Below, piece after piece: positions 33,564 through 37,277 of a stretch of DNA of 37,277 nucleotides. This DNA comes from Sandaracinaceae bacterium. GTDB lineage: Bacteria; Myxococcota_A; Polyangia; Polyangiales; Sandaracinaceae. Made by a program: the position numbers and the translations under genes. Under the pieces are notes generated by a model that was not told where the DNA came from, made no database searches, and was given only the letters and a program-made list of their open reading frames with translations. Every line of letters starts with the position of its first letter. Within the stretch, counting starts at the first letter, position 1. Where the stretch lies: contig JAYRVK010001221.1 of the NCBI GenBank assembly GCA_041918555.1, positions 1 to 37,277 of the forward strand, in the 5' to 3' direction.

Positions 33564-34655
33564 GTGCGCAGGAGCGTCATCCCGCCGCGGCCCGGGCGGC
33601 CGACCCTCGAGCTCGCGACCGTCGTGGTGCGCTACCCCGCGGCGCGCGGGCGCGTGCTCCTGCGCGGGAGCACGCCCCCGCTCGACTGGGAGCGCGACGT
33701 CGAGCCGGTCAGCGTCGACGGCGACGTGAGCGTCTTCCGCGTCCCCGTCACGGGCGGCGGCACCGTCGAGGTGAAGCCCATCCGCGAGGACGGCCGCTGG
33801 GCCTTCGGACGCAACCTGATCCTCGGCGCGCGCGACGTGGTCGAGGTCGCGCCGTCGTTCGATCACGAGTCCGGGCGCCTCGGCGCGTGGCGCGAGGTCC
33901 CCGTGGAGGGCGCCTCGCCGCTCAAGATCCGCTACTTCCTCCCCCCCGGCTACGACGAGCACCCGAGCACGCGCTACCCGACGCTCTATTGCCTCGACGG
34001 ACAGGCCCTGTTCTCCGACGGCCAGGATCCCTACGGAATCTGGGAGATCGACCACGTCCTCGACGAGCTGTGGGCGCTCGGCGTGATCGAGGAGCTCATC
34101 GTGGTCGCGGTCGAGACCTCGCACGAGCGCCTCGATCGGCTCGGCCCGGTCCCCGACCCGCAGCACGGCGGCGGGCGCGCGCGCGAGTTCCTCGAGACGC
34201 TGAGCGAGGTGCTCGTGCCGCTCGTCGACGACGAGCTGCGCCCGCTCCCCGAGCACGGCGAGCGCGCGATCCTCGGCGCGTCGATGGGCGGCCTCTTCTC
34301 GCTCTTCGCGGTGTGGCGCCGGCCCGACGTGTTCGGCAATGCGATCTGCTTCTCCAGCTCGTTCTGGTGGGCCTCGCGCTGGCTCGTCCACGACGTCCAG
34401 TCGAGCCCGTGCCCCGAGCCGCGCCCGCTGATCTACCTCGACTCCGGCGCCACCTCCTCACCGTTCGCCGAGGACGCGAGCCTGCGCGACGGGCAGCACC
34501 ACACGCGCGCGATGCTGCGGGCGATCGTCGAGCACGGCTACGTGCTCGGCGACGACCTCCACGTGCTCGCGTTCCCCGGCCAGCCCCACGCCGCGCCCGC
34601 GTGGGGCGCGCGCCTCGCGGTGCCGCTCCAGCTGCTGTTCCCGAAGGTGGGATGA
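33564..34655 (+). CDS. Alpha/beta-hydrolase 'putative esterase' family protein (enterochelin-esterase/IroE-like) with an N-terminal Ig/CBM-like domain
   Basis: YFLPPGYDEHPSTRYPTLYCLDGQ is the family opening. The nucleophile elbow is GASMGG. A catalytic His lies in the late FPGQPHA region. Confidence 0.8.
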   Translation: MRRSVIPPRPGRPTLELATVVVRYPAARGRVLLRGSTPPLDWERDVEPVSVDGDVSVFRVPVTGGGTVEVKPIREDGRWAFGRNLILGARDVVEVAPSFDHESGRLGAWREVPVEGASPLKIRYFLPPGYDEHPSTRYPTLYCLDGQALFSDGQDPYGIWEIDHVLDELWALGVIEELIVVAVETSHERLDRLGPVPDPQHGGGRAREFLETLSEVLVPLVDDELRPLPEHGERAILGASMGGLFSLFAVWRRPDVFGNAICFSSSFWWASRWLVHDVQSSPCPEPRPLIYLDSGATSSPFAEDASLRDGQHHTRAMLRAIVEHGYVLGDDLHVLAFPGQPHAAPAWGARLAVPLQLLFPKVG

Positions 34656-34658
34656 CGC

Positions 34659-35651
34659 TCAGGCGGCGCGATAGGCGAGGCGATCGGCCAGTTCGCCGAG
34701 CATCGCGCGGCCGGGATCCTCGAGCGGCGCCTTCGCGAGGATCGCGCGGGCCTCCGCGAGGAGCGCGTCGAGCCGCTGCTCCACCGCGCGCCGCGCGCCG
34801 ACGCGCGTGAGGAGCGCGCGCGCGGCGTCGATCGCGGCGTCGGGCGCGTCCGCGACGCCGAGCACCGCGTCGAGCTCCGCGAGGGGCGCGCCGCTCTTCT
34901 GCGCGGCGAGGACGAGCGCGGTGCGCTTGCCCGCGCGCAGGTCGTTCCCCGCCGGCTTGCCGGTGTCGCGCGGATCGCCGTACGTGCCGAGCAGGTCGTC
35001 GCGGAGCTGGAAGGCCTCGCCGAGCGGGACCGCGAGCGCGTCGAGCGCCGCGAGCGCCGCGTCGCTCGCGCCGCCGAGCACCGCGCCGAGCGCCATGGGG
35101 CCGCGCAGCGTGTAGCTCCCGGTCTTGAGGCGGTGCATGCGCGCGACGTCCTCGACCGCCATGAGATCGAGCGCCTGGCCGACGAGCACCTCCTCGTGCA
35201 TCCGCAGGACCACCTCGCGCACGCGCGGGTCGCTCCCGAAGAGGCGCCAGCTCCACGCGCACGCGAGGTTCCCCGCGAGGATGGCGAGGGAGTCCGCGAG
35301 ATGCGGCGCGAAGCGGGCGCGGAGCGCGGCGTGCGCGGACGGACCGCCGCGGCGCTCGTCGTCTCCGTCCATCCAGTCGTCGTGGATCAACAGGTACGTC
35401 TGCAGCACCTCGAGCCCCGCGCACGCGTCGATCACGTCGCCGAGCCCGCCCCCGGGTCGCACCGAGCGATACGCCGCGTAGAGCAGCGCCGGGCGCAGGC
35501 GCTTGCCGCCGCGAGTCGTCAGCGCCTCGACCGCGCCGTGCAGGATCGCGCCCTCGGGCGCGATCGCGATCAGGCGCGCGCGCTCCTCGGTGAAGTGCTC
35601 GACGAGGCGCCGCTCGACGCCCGCCCCGACCTCGCTGGCCCAGCCAGACAC
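34659..35651 (-). CDS. Polyprenyl diphosphate synthase (FPP/GGPP synthase family)
   Basis: GGKRLRP is present. The first Asp-rich motif is LLIHDDWMDGDDERRG and the second is FQLRDDLLG, followed by GKPAGNDLRAGKRT. Confidence 0.9.
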   Translation of the reverse strand: MSGWASEVGAGVERRLVEHFTEERARLIAIAPEGAILHGAVEALTTRGGKRLRPALLYAAYRSVRPGGGLGDVIDACAGLEVLQTYLLIHDDWMDGDDERRGGPSAHAALRARFAPHLADSLAILAGNLACAWSWRLFGSDPRVREVVLRMHEEVLVGQALDLMAVEDVARMHRLKTGSYTLRGPMALGAVLGGASDAALAALDALAVPLGEAFQLRDDLLGTYGDPRDTGKPAGNDLRAGKRTALVLAAQKSGAPLAELDAVLGVADAPDAAIDAARALLTRVGARRAVEQRLDALLAEARAILAKAPLEDPGRAMLGELADRLAYRAA

Positions 35652-35694
35652 GCGCGGACGGTGATCCGCCGGGGCGCGGCTGTCAACGCGAACC

Positions 35695-35752
35695 GTGAAA
35701 CGAAGTTCACCCCTATGAAACCTTTGTGAACTGGGTTCATGAACGAAGTTCG
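35695..35752. promoter_or_regulatory. Array of GAAC/GTTC palindromes in the divergent promoter region (candidate operator)
   Basis: The elements are GTGAA-N6-TTCAC (35695-35710), TGAAC-TGG-GTTCA (35727-35739), GTTCATGAAC (35735-35744) and GAAC-GAA-GTTC (35741-35751). The 10-mer AACGAAGTTC occurs twice. This is the most AT-rich stretch of the right half of the window. Confidence 0.4.
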
Positions 35753-35854
35753 CAGCGCGGAAATCGCCTGGACCCCTTCCACCGCGTGGGCTAGCGTCGC
35801 CCCCTGCGCGAGCGCGGGACCTGGGCCGAGCGGCGACGTGGAGGGCACGGAACG

Positions 35855-37255
35855 GTGACGAGCTGCAGCTGCATCTCCCGCTTCTACCGGCTGAGCATGC
35901 CCGAGCGGCGCGCGCGGATCGGCGAGGTGTGCGACCTCCACGCAGACGAGCTGGCGCGGCTGGCGCCGCACGCGGGCCTCGAGGAGCCGCAGGCCGAGCG
36001 GATGATCGAGAACGCGCTCGGCGTGTTCGGGCTCCCGTTCGGGGTGTGCGTGAACCTCCGCATCAACGGCCGCGACGTGCTCGCGCCGATGGTCGTCGAG
36101 GAGCCCAGCGTGATCGCGGCGTGCAGCTACGCGGCGAAGCTCCTGCGCGAGGGCGACGGGATCGAGGCCTCGTGCAGCGCTCCGATCGTGATCGGGCAGA
36201 TCCAGGTGCTCGAGGTCCCCGACGCGAGCGCGGCCGAGCGGGAGATCCTCCGCGCCGAGCCCGAGCTCCTGGCGCTCGCGAGCGCCGGCCACCCGCGCCT
36301 CGTCGAGGCCGGCGGCGGCGCGCGCGGGCTGCGCGTGCGGCGGCTGCCTCGCGTCGCGCCCGAGGATCCGTGCGGCGACATGCTCGTCGTCCACCTCGCG
36401 GTCGACGTGCGCGACGCGATGGGCGCGAACGCCGTCAACTCGATGTGCGAGCGACTCGCGCCCCGCGTCGCGGAGCTGAGCGGCGGGCGCGTCGCGCTGC
36501 GCATCCTCTCGAACCTCACCGACGAGCGGACGGTGACCGTGATCGGGCGCGTCCCCTACGCCGAGCTCGAGGGCAAGGGCGCGGGGAGCGGCGAGGAGCT
36601 CGCGCGCCGGATCGAGGAGGCGAGCGTCTTCGCGGAGCGCGATCCCTACCGCGCGTGCACGCACAACAAGGGGATCATGAACGGCGTCGACGCCACGCTC
36701 ATCGCGCTCGGTCAGGACTGGCGCGCGGTCGAGGCCGGCGCGCACGCCTTCGCCGCGGCGAGCGGGCGCTACACCGCGATGGCGACGTGGCGCGCGGAGC
36801 ACGGCGCGCTCGTCGGTCGGATGACGATCCCGCTCGCGGTGGGCACCGTCGGCGGCGTCGTGCGCTCGCACCCCGTCGTCGAGGTCGCGCGGCGGATCGC
36901 GAAGGTCGAGCGCGCGGACGAGGTGGCGCAGCTCTGCGCCGCGGTCGGCCTCGCGCAGAACCTCGGCGCGCTGCGCGCGCTCGCCGCGGAGGGGATCCAG
37001 AAGGGGCACATGCGGCTCCACGCGCGCAACGTCGCGGTCGAGGCGGGCGCCGAGGAGCACGAGGTGCTCGAGGTCGCGCGCCGGATCGCCGACGCCGGCG
37101 AGGTCAACGCGCGGGCGGCGGCGGAGGCGCTCCGCGAGCTGCGCGCGGCGCCGGCGCCACCCAACCCCGAGCCCGCGCGCCCCGTGCCGCGCACGCGCGC
37201 GCGGCGGCCGAGCACCCCGCCCTCGCCGCCGAGCGCGGCGCCGCCCGCGCGTTGA
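35855..37255 (+). CDS. mvaA: Class II hydroxymethylglutaryl-CoA reductase (NAD(P)H-dependent) with an atypical Pro/Arg-rich ~40-aa tail
   Basis: GTG at 35855 has GGAGGG nine nt upstream. SRFYRLS..ERR, MIENALGVFGLPFGV, MVVEEPSVIAA, DAMGANAVN, HNKGIMNG and IQKGHMRLHARN are class II HMGR motifs. Confidence 0.9.
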   Translation: MTSCSCISRFYRLSMPERRARIGEVCDLHADELARLAPHAGLEEPQAERMIENALGVFGLPFGVCVNLRINGRDVLAPMVVEEPSVIAACSYAAKLLREGDGIEASCSAPIVIGQIQVLEVPDASAAEREILRAEPELLALASAGHPRLVEAGGGARGLRVRRLPRVAPEDPCGDMLVVHLAVDVRDAMGANAVNSMCERLAPRVAELSGGRVALRILSNLTDERTVTVIGRVPYAELEGKGAGSGEELARRIEEASVFAERDPYRACTHNKGIMNGVDATLIALGQDWRAVEAGAHAFAAASGRYTAMATWRAEHGALVGRMTIPLAVGTVGGVVRSHPVVEVARRIAKVERADEVAQLCAAVGLAQNLGALRALAAEGIQKGHMRLHARNVAVEAGAEEHEVLEVARRIADAGEVNARAAAEALRELRAAPAPPNPEPARPVPRTRARRPSTPPSPPSAAPPAR

Positions 37256-37277
37256 CCTCGCCGGCGTCGGCGATCCG
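37082..37277. repeat. Perfect 39-bp inverted repeat (arms 37082-37120 and 37239-37277) separated by 118 nt; the right arm is cut by the window end
   Basis: I checked the pairing base by base and all 39 positions are complementary. The first mismatch is 37121/37238. The left arm encodes RIADAGEVNARAA of the reductase. The right arm contains its stop codon. Confidence 0.85.

Noticed and set aside
36769-37215. The minus-strand ORF overlapping the 3' end of the reductase gene
   Set aside because: Its Arg/Ser/Ala-rich translation is antisense to conserved HMGR motifs. Its apparent length is a by-product of the GC content and of the inverted repeat.

Overview
All calls come from reading the sequence and the ORF track and from remembered family motifs. 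No database search was run.

This is a very GC-rich segment: hand-counted 60-nt lines give about 77% GC in ordinary genes. It looks like myxobacterial chromosome, because three encoded proteins end in a MYXO-CTERM-type sorting tail (G-C-x-C, a hydrophobic helix, then RRRR). Most listed ORFs are GC-driven artefacts in the wrong frame or on the antisense strand. I support about 33 real genes.

Gene content, left to right:
- **nt 1-4201, accessory segment.** It carries a four-gene translationally coupled operon of unknown function (small HTH protein, phage Mu gpN-N-like protein, 109-aa protein, tail-anchored zinc-ribbon protein), an 82-aa ORF, and a Panacea/DUF4065 antitoxin paired with a HigB/RelE-like toxin. 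The toxin-antitoxin pair sits in a lower-GC patch (about 58-62%). The segment ends at a tRNA-Gly(CCC) 3' half-like fragment that looks like an att scar.
- **4268-8698.** yjdM/phnA, a TPR plus winged-helix regulator broken over three frames, a PEBP (YbhB/YbcL) protein, and an orphan groEL with a co-transcribed membrane-anchored protein.
- **8973-24330, mostly secreted or lipoprotein genes.** An M19 dipeptidase-like lipoprotein, a PPC x3 / MopE-like / lamin-tail lipoprotein, a Cys-rich lipoprotein, and an M36 fungalysin-like protease. Interspersed are an APH/P-loop fusion kinase, a membrane LuxR regulator, a DUF2231-like protein, and a usp / host-attachment / secreted-protein operon.
- **24344-31174.** vapBC, a GT-C-like membrane protein coupled to a frameshifted S45 penicillin/AHL-acylase-like lipoprotein, an Ig-like lipoprotein, and a Gfo/Idh/MocA gene relic.
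- **31254-37255.** A disintegrin-like Cys-repeat protein, an esterase, then a divergent polyprenyl synthase and class II HMG-CoA reductase pair.

Most interesting signals:
- The unexplained four-gene coupled module and its island context.
- The non-canonical Panacea-HigB-like pair.
- An array of GAAC/GTTC palindromes between the isoprenoid genes.
- A perfect 39-bp inverted repeat cut by the window end, which gives the HMG-CoA reductase a non-native tail.
- Four frame disruptions in 37 kb.

No rRNA, intact tRNA, CRISPR array, transposase or integrase is visible.
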